36,380 nt of DNA from positions 1-36,380 of IMG/VR virus record IMGVR_UViG_3300049171_000069; one strand, written 5' to 3'. The position numbers and the translations under genes are program-made. Source of the DNA: a virus. Taxonomy: Duplodnaviria; Caudoviricetes. The first letter of the stretch is position 1. Each line of letters opens with the position of its first letter. Positions 17,214-25,574 of the stretch are shown here, in pieces. A model generated the notes under the pieces. The model was given only the letters and a program-made list of their open reading frames with translations, was not told where the DNA came from and searched no databases.

Positions 17214-17927
17214 TCAGAGGGTGCGGCGCCGGTACAGCTCGGCGCGCCGCTGCCGCAGTGCCAGCGGCGGGTGGGGGTCGCCCTGCCCGCCTGCCGGCGC
17301 TGGTGTCTCAGGGGCCGTCCGCGCGGCCAGGTCGATGACGACCGGCTCGGCCGCGGGGGCCAGGAACCGCTTCAGGTCGCCGCCGTCGGCCGCGGCCCGT
17401 ACTTCCTCCAGCTCGGCCCCTGCCCGCTCGGCGAGCGAACGCAGGCCCGTGCTGGTGTCGAGGTAGGCCGGGGTGTTCACCGGGGCCACGTCGACCAGTT
17501 GGCCGGACAGCAGCGTCCGCACGGGGAAGCCCTGCTCGGTCATGCCCCAGTCGTCCTCGAACGTGTAGAACGCGAAGCTGGAGCGGCGGACGTCGCCGCG
17601 CTGCACGAGCTCGTACACGTCCGCGCGGGAGGCCGGCACATCGACGCTGTAGTCCAGGCCCGTGCCGTCCGTCTGGAGCCGCAGGGTGCCCGCGTCGCTG
17701 GTGCCGAGCAGCATGTTGTCGTGGTGGTTGTAGCGGGCCATCGCCTCGGGCCAGCCGTCGCCCTCGCTCTTGGCGAAGAACCCGGGGTCGATCCGCTCGA
17801 CGAACCCGCCCAAGTTGCGGGACAGGGCGTTGAACTTGGCGGCGTACCCGCCGATGGTCCTCGTGTCACCGGCAGCCCGGACCTCGACAAGGCCGCGGGT
17901 GAACCGGCGCTCAGTGTCGCCGCTCAC
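17214..17927 (-). CDS. HK97-type prohead protease
   Basis: GYAAKFN, FVERIDPG.F, NH, SSFAF, DVAPVNTPAY. Confidence 0.93.
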   Translation of the reverse strand: MSGDTERRFTRGLVEVRAAGDTRTIGGYAAKFNALSRNLGGFVERIDPGFFAKSEGDGWPEAMARYNHHDNMLLGTSDAGTLRLQTDGTGLDYSVDVPASRADVYELVQRGDVRRSSFAFYTFEDDWGMTEQGFPVRTLLSGQLVDVAPVNTPAYLDTSTGLRSLAERAGAELEEVRAAADGGDLKRFLAPAAEPVVIDLAARTAPETPAPAGGQGDPHPPLALRQRRAELYRRRTL

Positions 17928-19069
17928 GGGTTCTCACTCTCGTCGGGGGCCACCGTGCCCAGTGGCGTCCAGTCCTGGCCCAGGCCGTTCGGCAGGGGCT
18001 CGAGGTCTTCGATGGCGCGCAGTTCGTCGATGTTCTTCAGGCCGATCGCGCGCGCGATGCGGTGGGTCTGGAAGCGGGTCAGGGCGTCGGTGCGGAGCAT
18101 GGCGTCCGCGTCGAAGGCGACGTCCTCGGTCGGCGGCCGCAGGAGCGAGAACGCCTCCTCGAGGCGCGCCAGCCACGGTCGCAGCGCCCACGTCAGCAGG
18201 TCGATGCTGTTCTGCTCGACCGTGGTGTAGGTGAGCGGGTTGCCGGTCGTGCCGCCGACCTTCTCGGCCGGCACCCCGTAGAACGCGGCGATCTGATTCG
18301 CGGAAGCCTTGATGGTCTCGAGGAACTGGGACTCGTTCGCCGGGACGGAGATGGGCCGGTACTTCGCGCCCATGCCCACCACGGCCACGTCGCGCCCTGC
18401 GGCGGCCTCCTTGAACCGGGCCTTCAGCAGCGTGGCCGTGTCCTTGGTGACTTCCTTCTCGGTCTCCAGCACGGCCGCCGGGGTGGACCCGTTGGCGAAC
18501 CAGTCCCGGCCGAACTCCTGGGCCAGCAGGCCGGTGTCGATCGTGGTGGCGTAGTGGGCGATCGGGGACAGGCCAAGGATCTGACCGGGCAGCGTGTAGG
18601 CCGGGATGTGGAACAGTCGCCCGTCCTCGACCCGGCGACCCTTGTAGTACCAGACGGGGATCGCGGCGAAGTTGTCCTCGACGTGGACGTCGTCCGGGTG
18701 GAGCCACTCGATCTGCGAGGGCCAGCCGTTCGCGTCCGCCGCCACGATCAGCCCGTAGGCGTTGCCGCGCAGCGTCAGCGACGTCATGCACCGGTACATC
18801 CAGTCGTACCGGGTGCCGGTCGCCGCAGGCCGGCGGAACAGGTCAGGCGACGGGATCGGCCTACGGCCCGGCCCGATCTCTTGGTAACTCCGTAGGGGCA
18901 GCGACGCCACAGCATCCGACAGCAGCCGTGTGGCCGCGTACACGGGCGCCAGGCGCAGGGCCCGCTCCTGCCCGCTGCCCAGGAGGGACGAACTGCCCCC
19001 GGATCCCCACACGTCCTGGAAGGAAATGGATCGCTTTTCCTTGCGGCGGAAGGGCCACCACCAGCTCAT
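17924..19069 (-). CDS. Portal protein (HK97 family)
   Basis: VYAA..LS..VASLPL, LRGNAY, GLSPI, ESQFLET; ATG 19069. Confidence 0.93.
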   Translation of the reverse strand: MSWWWPFRRKEKRSISFQDVWGSGGSSSLLGSGQERALRLAPVYAATRLLSDAVASLPLRSYQEIGPGRRPIPSPDLFRRPAATGTRYDWMYRCMTSLTLRGNAYGLIVAADANGWPSQIEWLHPDDVHVEDNFAAIPVWYYKGRRVEDGRLFHIPAYTLPGQILGLSPIAHYATTIDTGLLAQEFGRDWFANGSTPAAVLETEKEVTKDTATLLKARFKEAAAGRDVAVVGMGAKYRPISVPANESQFLETIKASANQIAAFYGVPAEKVGGTTGNPLTYTTVEQNSIDLLTWALRPWLARLEEAFSLLRPPTEDVAFDADAMLRTDALTRFQTHRIARAIGLKNIDELRAIEDLEPLPNGLGQDWTPLGTVAPDESENP

Positions 19070-19080
19070 CGCGCCCCCTC

Positions 19081-20616
19081 TCACCAGACCATGTTGTTGG
19101 TATCGCCGGGGCCTTCGACCTCGGCGCCGAGCCCCCACTTGGCGAGCGTGACGGCCATCAGTGGGCTGATGTCCACGCCGGGGTTCCGGCGGGCCCACGC
19201 CCATCCGTCGCCGGCCAGGGGGCGTTTCTGTGCGCCGGCCAGAGCGGTCGTCAGCGGAGGCTGGTCGATGTGCGACAGGGAGTGCTCGACGACGGCGTCG
19301 TAGAACGTGCCGCATGCCGCGGCGGTGTCCTTGTACTTCGGCTGCACCACGGTGACGCCCAGGCGCTCCTCCAGCTTCTCGATGAGCGTGGCCGCCGGGC
19401 TGGCCGGGTCGATGACCCAGGCGGCCGGCTTGTGGGCCCTGTGCAGCTCCTCCGCGCGGTCCAGGGCCCAGCCGACACCGGGCCGGTGCTCGACGACCTC
19501 GACGTGCGTGCCGCCCTTGTGCAGGCCCGCTGCGCCGATCGCCGTGTGGGACCGCTCAGGGGTCATGTCGATCGCGAACACCGGGGCGGTGTCGATCGCG
19601 GCACCAGGGTCCGCCAGGCCCCGCCAGACGTCCTCGCCAATGACCTTCCACATGTCGGTGCGGTCCGACGGGTAGTCGCCCACGCCGAGCCGCTCACGCG
19701 AGTACAGGAACGCGCCCATCGTGAGCAGCCGGTTCAGGGTCCGCTCGATCGGCAGCCGGTACCCGACGGCCGGGTTCGCCTTCAGCAGGGACTCCACCGA
19801 GGCAACGTCGTCGTGGTCCGCGCACCCCTCCGGGCACTCGTCCCGGTGCGGATCGATCGACCACTCCATGTAGGCCAGGGTCGGATCCGGCACGCCGGAC
19901 TCCAGGGACTCCAGTGCCCGCCTGCGCAGCCGGGCCATCTGAACGGACGGGGCGCCGATGCCGGCGCTCCCCAGGTACCACAACTGGCTGTTCTCGACGG
20001 CGTCCGTGGTCGGGGCGAGCGCGCCCATGGCCTCGTCGCCGAGGACCATGCACTCGTCGAGGATGATGCAGTCGGCGGTGAAGCCACGGCCCGAGCCCTT
20101 CGAGCGGGCGATGAACCGGATCTCCTGCCCGCCGTGCAGTTCGATCGCCTCGCGGCCGGCCGACCGGTGCACCGCCTTGAGGCGTTTGTGCAGGTCAGGG
20201 CACCCCTCGATGAGGCGCTCAATGCGCTTCATCGTGTTCATCGCCGTCTTGAACTCGTGCGCCGAGACGAGGATGACCTTCTCGCCGCCGATGAAGACTC
20301 CCCACAAGACGCGGGCCTCGATCACTGCGCCCTTGCCGTTCTGCCTGGGGACGTTGACGCAGACCTCTTCGGCGGCCCAAGAGCCGTCCGGCTTCTCGGC
20401 CATGCCCTGGTCGAGGACCCACTGCTGCCAGTCGTCCAGCTGCAGCCCGGCCTTGCGCGCCAGGTCGACCGCCTCCTGACCGGCGCTGGACAGGCGGACC
20501 GGCGGAGTGACCTGAACCCGGGGCCGCTGGGCGCCGTACCGCGGGCCGTCAGTCGCCCGACGCCTGGCGGGATCGGGCCTCTGACCTGCGCTTTTCTCGC
20601 TGGCGGGCGATGTCAT
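19081..20616 (-). CDS. Terminase large subunit
   Basis: Walker A PRQNGK, Walker B IILDE, ANP, FAID and DISPL nuclease motifs. Confidence 0.93.
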   Translation of the reverse strand: MTSPASEKSAGQRPDPARRRATDGPRYGAQRPRVQVTPPVRLSSAGQEAVDLARKAGLQLDDWQQWVLDQGMAEKPDGSWAAEEVCVNVPRQNGKGAVIEARVLWGVFIGGEKVILVSAHEFKTAMNTMKRIERLIEGCPDLHKRLKAVHRSAGREAIELHGGQEIRFIARSKGSGRGFTADCIILDECMVLGDEAMGALAPTTDAVENSQLWYLGSAGIGAPSVQMARLRRRALESLESGVPDPTLAYMEWSIDPHRDECPEGCADHDDVASVESLLKANPAVGYRLPIERTLNRLLTMGAFLYSRERLGVGDYPSDRTDMWKVIGEDVWRGLADPGAAIDTAPVFAIDMTPERSHTAIGAAGLHKGGTHVEVVEHRPGVGWALDRAEELHRAHKPAAWVIDPASPAATLIEKLEERLGVTVVQPKYKDTAAACGTFYDAVVEHSLSHIDQPPLTTALAGAQKRPLAGDGWAWARRNPGVDISPLMAVTLAKWGLGAEVEGPGDTNNMVW

Positions 20617-20827
20617 TGACCGCGTCCCCCTCCTCCCCGACCGGGGCGAGCTTGCGCAAGTCGGCAAGCACGGCCCGAAGTTCGCGGGCGGCCTGGGCCA
20701 TGGACGTGGCCGCGTCGGTGGCGTCGACCGCTTCGGCAAGTTGGAGTGCGAGGGCGGCGAGACCGGGGGCGGTCGCTATCGCACCGAGTTGCTCGATCTC
20801 CGTTTTAACGGCGTCGGCCGTCGACAT
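20549..20827 (-). CDS. Terminase small subunit
   Basis: Small helical protein overlapping terL start; ALQLAEAVD..ARELRAVL pattern. Confidence 0.75.
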   Translation of the reverse strand: MSTADAVKTEIEQLGAIATAPGLAALALQLAEAVDATDAATSMAQAARELRAVLADLRKLAPVGEEGDAVNDIARQREKRRSEARSRQASGD

Positions 20828-20849
20828 GATCAACCCCCGTCACCCAACG

Positions 20850-20980
20850 TCACATCACAGAGAGTGACAGCCACTAAATGCAGTCGATCTTGAATCTGTG
20901 TTTTTGATCTTTCAGTCGGGCCGCGTAAAAAAACGGGCGACAAGGGCTTTTGGGTCGCCCGGTCCTGCTCTTAAAGAAGG
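20850..20980. promoter_or_regulatory. Putative cos/packaging region with hairpin and T-run
   Basis: AT-rich non-coding gap upstream of terS; CGGGCGAC-N12-GTCGCCCG next to A7 (20927-20961). Confidence 0.5.
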
Positions 20981-21014
20981 GTCCGCTCCAGGCGGAACGC
21001 CCTGCTCGGCATGG

Positions 21015-21452
21015 TCACCAGCGTCGGCTGTATTGCGGCATTGCCTCGGTCGAGGCGGGTCGTCGCTGTCTGTACCAGCGGGTGGCAACTGCCTTCATGC
21101 CGGGCTGTCGCATCTGTTCGATGCGCTGCATGACGATGTCGCGCCCGGGGTCGACGGTGACGATGCGTGCCTTGAGCCGCTTGTACTTGGCCAGGGCCTT
21201 GGCGCTGGGCTGGGTGTGGATGACGTACACGTCGACCTTGTCGAGGTGCTGGTACGCCTCGTTCAGGGCGGCGAACCGGGCGCGGTGTACGACCTTGAGC
21301 AGCACGTCGTGGTGGTCGTGGTGGTCCGCACCGGGACCGGCCATGGCGAGGGCCATGAGGTCAAGGTCGATGACGATGTCCTGCGCCTTGGCGTGCGAGC
21401 GGATCCAGCTGGACTTGCCTGCGGCCGGCGGGCCGGTCACGACGATGAGCAC
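21015..21452 (-). CDS. P-loop NTPase/kinase-like protein (HNH-associated)
   Basis: LIVVTGPPAAGKS Walker A, IVIDLD. Confidence 0.8.
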   Translation of the reverse strand: MLIVVTGPPAAGKSSWIRSHAKAQDIVIDLDLMALAMAGPGADHHDHHDVLLKVVHRARFAALNEAYQHLDKVDVYVIHTQPSAKALAKYKRLKARIVTVDPGRDIVMQRIEQMRQPGMKAVATRWYRQRRPASTEAMPQYSRRW

Positions 21453-21526
21453 GGGGCCTCACCACAGTTGCAGCAGTACCTGCCCACACAACCGCAGCAG
21501 CGGTCTGGCAGCTCGTCATAGGTCAT
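21437..21526 (-). CDS. Cys-rich micro-protein (29 aa)
   Basis: MTYDELPDRCCGCVGRYCCNCGEAPCSSS fills the HNH-ATPase gap; GGTGG RBS. Confidence 0.5.
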   Translation of the reverse strand: MTYDELPDRCCGCVGRYCCNCGEAPCSSS

Positions 21527-21528
21527 GG

Positions 21529-21801
21529 TCACCACCGGCGCGACGTCTTGAGCGGCTGTGGTCCGGTTCGGTTGCCGCGGGCGCTGTTGCAGCGGCGGTG
21601 CATGCTGCGGGCGTTGGCCGGGTCGAGGAGGTCGCCGCCCTTGGACAGCGGGACGATGTGGTCGAGCGTGAAGCTGAGCGGGTGCCGTGCGTCAAGGTGG
21701 GGGTTGATCGCGTGGCCGCAGCGTGCGCACGGCATGCCGAGGGCTTTGATCTCGGCGACGAGGCGGCGGTAGGGGCGCCCGTTGCGCGGGTTGCCAGCCA
21801 C
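21529..21801 (-). CDS. HNH endonuclease (packaging-associated, HK97 gp74-like)
   Basis: CARC, TLDHIVPLSKGG, HRRCN; GGAGGT RBS before GTG 21801. Confidence 0.88.
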   Translation of the reverse strand: MAGNPRNGRPYRRLVAEIKALGMPCARCGHAINPHLDARHPLSFTLDHIVPLSKGGDLLDPANARSMHRRCNSARGNRTGPQPLKTSRRW

Positions 21802-21818
21802 GGGCGCCACCTCCGTCG

Positions 21819-22121
21819 TCAGGGTGTCGGGTCGAGGATGTCGTCCTTGTGGGCGGTGAGGACCTCGGCGACCGCGTCGGCGTACTGGTCGGGGGTGAGG
21901 TGTGAGCACTCAGCTTCGCCAGACACGTCTTGAGGCTGGCCCTTCTCGAAGTCGTACTCGAGCAGCTCGACGCAGTGCTCGTACGTGTACGCCTTGGCTG
22001 TGGGGCTGCTGGAGGGGGTGGTGCTGGGCTTGGCTGGTGTGCCGCTGTCGTCGTTGCCGCAGGCGGCGAGCGTGGCGAGGAGCAGGGCGGCGAGGCCGGC
22101 CGTGATGGTGCGGGTGCGCAT
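21819..22121 (-). CDS. Lipoprotein (moron)
   Basis: Signal peptide with lipobox LAAC, Ser/Thr/Pro linker, small two-Cys domain. Confidence 0.8.
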   Translation of the reverse strand: MRTRTITAGLAALLLATLAACGNDDSGTPAKPSTTPSSSPTAKAYTYEHCVELLEYDFEKGQPQDVSGEAECSHLTPDQYADAVAEVLTAHKDDILDPTP

Positions 22122-22193
22122 GGTCCCCCCAAGGACGTTGCCTGATGAGGGGGACATCATCGGGCACTGCAGGTAGTCACGTCTGGGGAACGG

Positions 22194-22230
22194 CGAAGGC
22201 CCCAACCGGGGTGGGTGGTCGGGGCCTTCG
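22194..22230. terminator. Terminator-like hairpin
   Basis: CGAAGGCCCC...GGGGCCTTCG 10-bp IR. Confidence 0.65.
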
Positions 22231-22298
22231 TGGTCCTGGTCAACTGCCTGCGGGCACGTTGAACGTGGTCCGAGTGTTACACCCTGCGATCTACCTGG

Positions 22299-22478
22299 TC
22301 AAGCGACCTTGACGGCCGGACCGCTCTGCAGCTCGCGCAGGTCGATCAGCGTGCGGCCTTGGCGGTCGTGGCCGTGGCGGGTGAGCTTGCCGCGGTGGAG
22401 CCAGACACGGATGGTGCCGGGGCGGATGCCGGTGGCCGCTGAGGCGGCGTAGGCGTCCACAAGGAGCGGCTCGTTCAT
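22299..22478 (-). CDS. Small MerR-like HTH DNA-binding protein
   Basis: AASAATGIRPGTIRVWLHRGKL..G.D..GR.L.DL. Confidence 0.75.
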   Translation of the reverse strand: MNEPLLVDAYAASAATGIRPGTIRVWLHRGKLTRHGHDRQGRTLIDLRELQSGPAVKVA

Positions 22479-22506
22479 GTTCCGAGTGTCCCGCGTCGTG
22501 CAGTGC

Positions 22507-22905
22507 TCACGCCAACAGGTCAGCGTCCAGGCCGTAGCTGTGAATGGTCCACGCCTGTACGTGCTCCAGCGGAAGGCACCAGACGGTGCCTTCAGGGCCC
22601 TCCTCAATGAGGTGAACGTACTCAGGGGAAGTCGGTACGTCGGAGTGTGGGCGCTCAGCTCGACGCCGCTCGTTCTCCGAGCGCTTTGCTTCGGCGAGCT
22701 TCGTCATCTCGTCGAAGATGGCGGCGGCCGGCGCTGCATTCCCCTTTCGCACTACGGCCGCAAGGGTCTCGCGGTACACAACTTCGCTGATTATGCGGCC
22801 GCTCAGTCGGGTGGATCCGGCTATGACGGTCACGGACACCGACACTGCGTCGTTGGCGTCCACCGTGGACACGAGCTGGCTCAGAGAACTCAGTTCTTTC
22901 GACAT
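22507..22905 (-). CDS. Hypothetical protein resembling GvpU-like/Sm-like family (lower-GC moron)
   Basis: VTVIAGSTRLSGRII, EYVHL, W..PLEHVQAW pattern; atypical codon usage. Confidence 0.6.
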   Translation of the reverse strand: MSKELSSLSQLVSTVDANDAVSVSVTVIAGSTRLSGRIISEVVYRETLAAVVRKGNAAPAAAIFDEMTKLAEAKRSENERRRAERPHSDVPTSPEYVHLIEEGPEGTVWCLPLEHVQAWTIHSYGLDADLLA

Positions 22906-22911
22906 GGCCTG

Positions 22912-22933
22912 ACCCTACGTGCCGCCACCGACA
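22912..22933 (-). promoter_or_regulatory. RecA-NDp/PafBC-type DNA-damage promoter
   Basis: TGTCGG-N10-TAGGGT, 6 nt before ATG 22905. Confidence 0.65.
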
Positions 22934-22938
22934 CAACG

Positions 22939-23043
22939 TCAGTGGCTGTGCGGCGGGTAGTGGCCGCCGCAGCGCGGGCAGTACGACAGGGGCGGGAAGT
23001 CGGTCCCCAGCCTGTGGATGAGGGCGTGGATGTGGCGTCGCAT
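22939..23043 (-). CDS. 34-aa CxxC/His micro-protein
   Basis: MRRHIHALIHRLGTDFPPLSYCPRCGGHYPPHSH; AGGAG RBS. Confidence 0.55.
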   Translation of the reverse strand: MRRHIHALIHRLGTDFPPLSYCPRCGGHYPPHSH

Positions 23044-23058
23044 GGGGTTCTCCTAGGT

Positions 23059-23143
23059 GGTCTACGGCCCGGTCTACGGGTGGTCTACGGCCCCTTCTCC
23101 GCTGCCGTGACCTGCGTCTACATCCGCGGAAGGGGTGTCTACG
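23059..23143. repeat. Five phased GTCTAC direct repeats (clt/TRS-like)
   Basis: GTCTAC at 23060, 23072, 23083, 23116, 23137; GGTCTACG exact three times. Confidence 0.75.
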
Positions 23144-23700
23144 GGTCCGGGGGAGAGGAGGGCCTCGATGTCGGTTCGCTTGATGCCGCTGCGCCCGGTC
23201 TGGGTGGCGCTGACGCGGACGGACTTGTGGATGGTGATGCCGCAGTGGACGAGCACGGCGCGGAGCCGGGCGTCGTCGAGGTGCCCGGCGGCGGGCCGGG
23301 CCTGGAACGCGCCGTACACGTCGCGGAGGAACACGGCGGGCCGGTCCTCCATGAGGGCGAGGACGCCCTCGATGACGCGGCGCTTCAGGTCCTCCTCGGT
23401 GGGCGGGACGGGGCGGCCGGCCCGCCATGCGGCGACGGTGTAGGCGGCGGCTGCGGCGGCCAGGAGCCTCGGCTCCTGGTTGGCGGTGCGGACGGTCAGC
23501 AGGGCGGCGCCGCCGAGGAGGGCGATGCGACCGGGGACGTTCTCGGCCGTGACCCAGTCACGGAGCCGTCGCGCAAGCGCGGTGTTGCCGCGGCCGATGC
23601 GCCGGGGGTGGATGCGCTGGGCGGCCCACCGGGGCCGCCCGTTCCCGAACTCGGGGACGGGCGGCAGCTCGAGGGTGTCGGCCTCGGAGTCGGCGTCCAC
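23074..23700 (-). CDS. Membrane protein with putative C-terminal winged-helix (TraB C-terminus-like, no ATPase)
   Basis: Two hydrophobic segments, then VFLRDVY..LDDARLRAVL..CGI..GRSGIKRTDI; no Walker motifs. Confidence 0.6.
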   Translation of the reverse strand: MDADSEADTLELPPVPEFGNGRPRWAAQRIHPRRIGRGNTALARRLRDWVTAENVPGRIALLGGAALLTVRTANQEPRLLAAAAAAYTVAAWRAGRPVPPTEEDLKRRVIEGVLALMEDRPAVFLRDVYGAFQARPAAGHLDDARLRAVLVHCGITIHKSVRVSATQTGRSGIKRTDIEALLSPGPVDTPSADVDAGHGSGEGAVDHP

Positions 23701-23705
23701 CAGGG

Positions 23706-24008
23706 TCAGGCGCTACCGACGAACGTAGCCAGCATGTTGCCGACGCTGCCGAAGAGTTGGCCGATCATCGCGCCGAGCTGGGTGCCGGACAGGGACAGGC
23801 CGAGGCCGAGGCAGACGAACCCGGGCAGCAGGTTCAGCTTCTTGGTGTCCTTGCCGTGCTTGTGCATCTGCCAGGCCCAGATGCCGAGCACGATGATCAA
23901 CAGGACGGAGATGGGGACCGATCCGGTGGCACCGGTGGGTGCGGCGGGCGGCGCGGCCATGGTCCGGGTCGCTGCGGTGTCGATGGCGGCGAGGAGCGCG
24001 GTCTTCAC
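23706..24008 (-). CDS. Small two-TM membrane protein (Spd-like)
   Basis: Hydrophobic ISVLLIIVLGIWAW and FVCLGLGLSL; AAGGA RBS. Confidence 0.75.
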   Translation of the reverse strand: MKTALLAAIDTAATRTMAAPPAAPTGATGSVPISVLLIIVLGIWAWQMHKHGKDTKKLNLLPGFVCLGLGLSLSGTQLGAMIGQLFGSVGNMLATFVGSA

Positions 24009-24018
24009 GGGGTGTCCT

Positions 24019-24186
24019 TCAGTACGAGAGGCCGACGATGGCGGCGGTGAGCAGGAGGGTGACGAGCGCGGCGCGGGCGACCAGCTGGTGGGCGCGGCTG
24101 TCGCGCGGCAGGACGCGGAGCAGGAGGCCGGCGGCGATGAGCGCGGGCAGGCCGTAGTAGCCGAGGGCGTGGTAGGTGAGCGTCAT
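24019..24186 (-). CDS. Small two-TM membrane protein
   Basis: MTLTYHALGYYGLPALIAAGLLL...ALVTLLLTAAIVGLSY; ATGA overlap with upstream gene. Confidence 0.7.
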   Translation of the reverse strand: MTLTYHALGYYGLPALIAAGLLLRVLPRDSRAHQLVARAALVTLLLTAAIVGLSY

Positions 24187-24578
24187 GGCGCACTCACGTT
24201 CTCGATGCGCCGGGTGGCGCTGCTGGTGGCGCTCGGGTAGTAGTCGGCGAACTGGTCGGCGAGCGCCATGAGGTGCGCCGCGGTGGCGCGCAGTTCGGCG
24301 TGCCAGCGCAGGGCTGTCTCGTCGTCGGTGGGCGTGTACGCCGGGGCGGCGTCGTCCACGGCCTGAACTGCGGCGCTCAGCTGGCGCATCGCTGTCTCGG
24401 TCTGCGCCGCGCGCTGAGCCAGGCGGACGGGGAGCGGCGCGTCCTCGGTGGCGAGGTCGCGGCGCACGGTGTCCTTCGAGATGCCGAGCTGCGCCGCGAT
24501 CTCCCGGTTCGATGCGCCGCCCTGCGCCAGGTGGCGCACCTTGGCGCGCCGCTGCGCCACGGACAGTGCGCCAGTCAC
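24183..24578 (-). CDS. HTH DNA-binding protein with coiled C-terminus
   Basis: GASNREIAAQLGISKDTVRRDL. Confidence 0.82.
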   Translation of the reverse strand: MTGALSVAQRRAKVRHLAQGGASNREIAAQLGISKDTVRRDLATEDAPLPVRLAQRAAQTETAMRQLSAAVQAVDDAAPAYTPTDDETALRWHAELRATAAHLMALADQFADYYPSATSSATRRIENVSAP

Positions 24579-24940
24579 TGGGCACCTCCTGCGGTGGCGC
24601 TGAGGACGGTGAGCCAGCGGGCTTGGTGGCGCAGTTGCGCAGCGGCCTCGACGAGGCCGGCGGCGAGCTGGTCGAGCTCGGCCGGGCTGTAGGTGCTGGT
24701 GATGTCGACCGGGTCAACGTGCAGGCCGGTCTGGTGGTCGCCGCCGCCGAAGGGGTGCTGGGTGAGCGACGCGACGAACAGCGGCTCGCCGACGAGCCCG
24801 ATCGGGATGTCGGGGCCGCGGTGGCCGATGTCGGCGCGGTACTCGGGCCGCGGGTCGTGGCCGATGCACCAGGCGGGTTCGGGCAGGGTGACGTCGCCGT
24901 GGTCGAGGGTGGGCACTGTAACGGTGCGCTGGGCGCTCAT
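24575..24940 (-). CDS. Actinobacterial mobile-element protein (PxWCxxH, DUF6907-like)
   Basis: LPEPAWCIGH...H motif; helical C-terminus. Confidence 0.65.
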   Translation of the reverse strand: MSAQRTVTVPTLDHGDVTLPEPAWCIGHDPRPEYRADIGHRGPDIPIGLVGEPLFVASLTQHPFGGGDHQTGLHVDPVDITSTYSPAELDQLAAGLVEAAAQLRHQARWLTVLSATAGGAQ

Positions 24941-25221
24941 CCGGCGGTCACCCCGTTCGCGATGAGCCGGAGCAGCGCCGCGTACTCGCCACGGGTCTGC
25001 CCCTCGCGCACCGGCGGGGCGGCGGCGAGGAGCAGCTGCTCGGCGGCGAACGCCGCCTCGGTGGGCCCGTGGAGTCGTTCAGCCATGACGAGGGCCTGGG
25101 CGAGGCGCGTCTCTTCACGCATGACTGCCGTAGGTCGGGTGGTGGCGACCTTGTCGGCGAGCATGCCGAGGAGCTGGACCGTGTCGGGGGTGAGCGCCGG
25201 GGCGGCGGTCTGCTCGCTCAT
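24937..25221 (-). CDS. Hypothetical protein
   Basis: GGAGG RBS, ATGA coupling; TRGEYAALLR C-terminus. Confidence 0.65.
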   Translation of the reverse strand: MSEQTAAPALTPDTVQLLGMLADKVATTRPTAVMREETRLAQALVMAERLHGPTEAAFAAEQLLLAAAPPVREGQTRGEYAALLRLIANGVTAG

Positions 25222-25574
25222 CGCAGGTCCTCCGCGGCGGCGCGGATGCGGGCGGCGAGGGAGCCGGCCAGTTCGCCGGGGTAGGTCTCGGGGAGCTCGT
25301 CGATCGCGGTCTCGGAGGCCTGCGCGGCGACGATGTCGGGGAGGCCGGTGAAGACGTGCCTGGCGGCCGCGTTCATGGCGTCGGCGACCAGGAGGGCGTT
25401 GACGGTCAGGAACGGGTCGTTGTCGAGGACGTCGGCGATGCCGGTGACGAACCGGTGCGCGTGGGACGGCTCGGCGAGGATCCGCGCGAGGGCGGCGTCC
25501 AGCTCGTTGCCGCTGGTGGATGCACCCAGTACCCATGAAGATGGTGCAGGTGCAATACGCTTCTGGTGGTCCAT
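25218..25574 (-). CDS. Hypothetical protein, possible paralog of downstream gene
   Basis: C-terminus TYPGELAGSLAARIR loosely resembles the next gene; operon coupling. Confidence 0.6.
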   Translation of the reverse strand: MDHQKRIAPAPSSWVLGASTSGNELDAALARILAEPSHAHRFVTGIADVLDNDPFLTVNALLVADAMNAAARHVFTGLPDIVAAQASETAIDELPETYPGELAGSLAARIRAAAEDLR

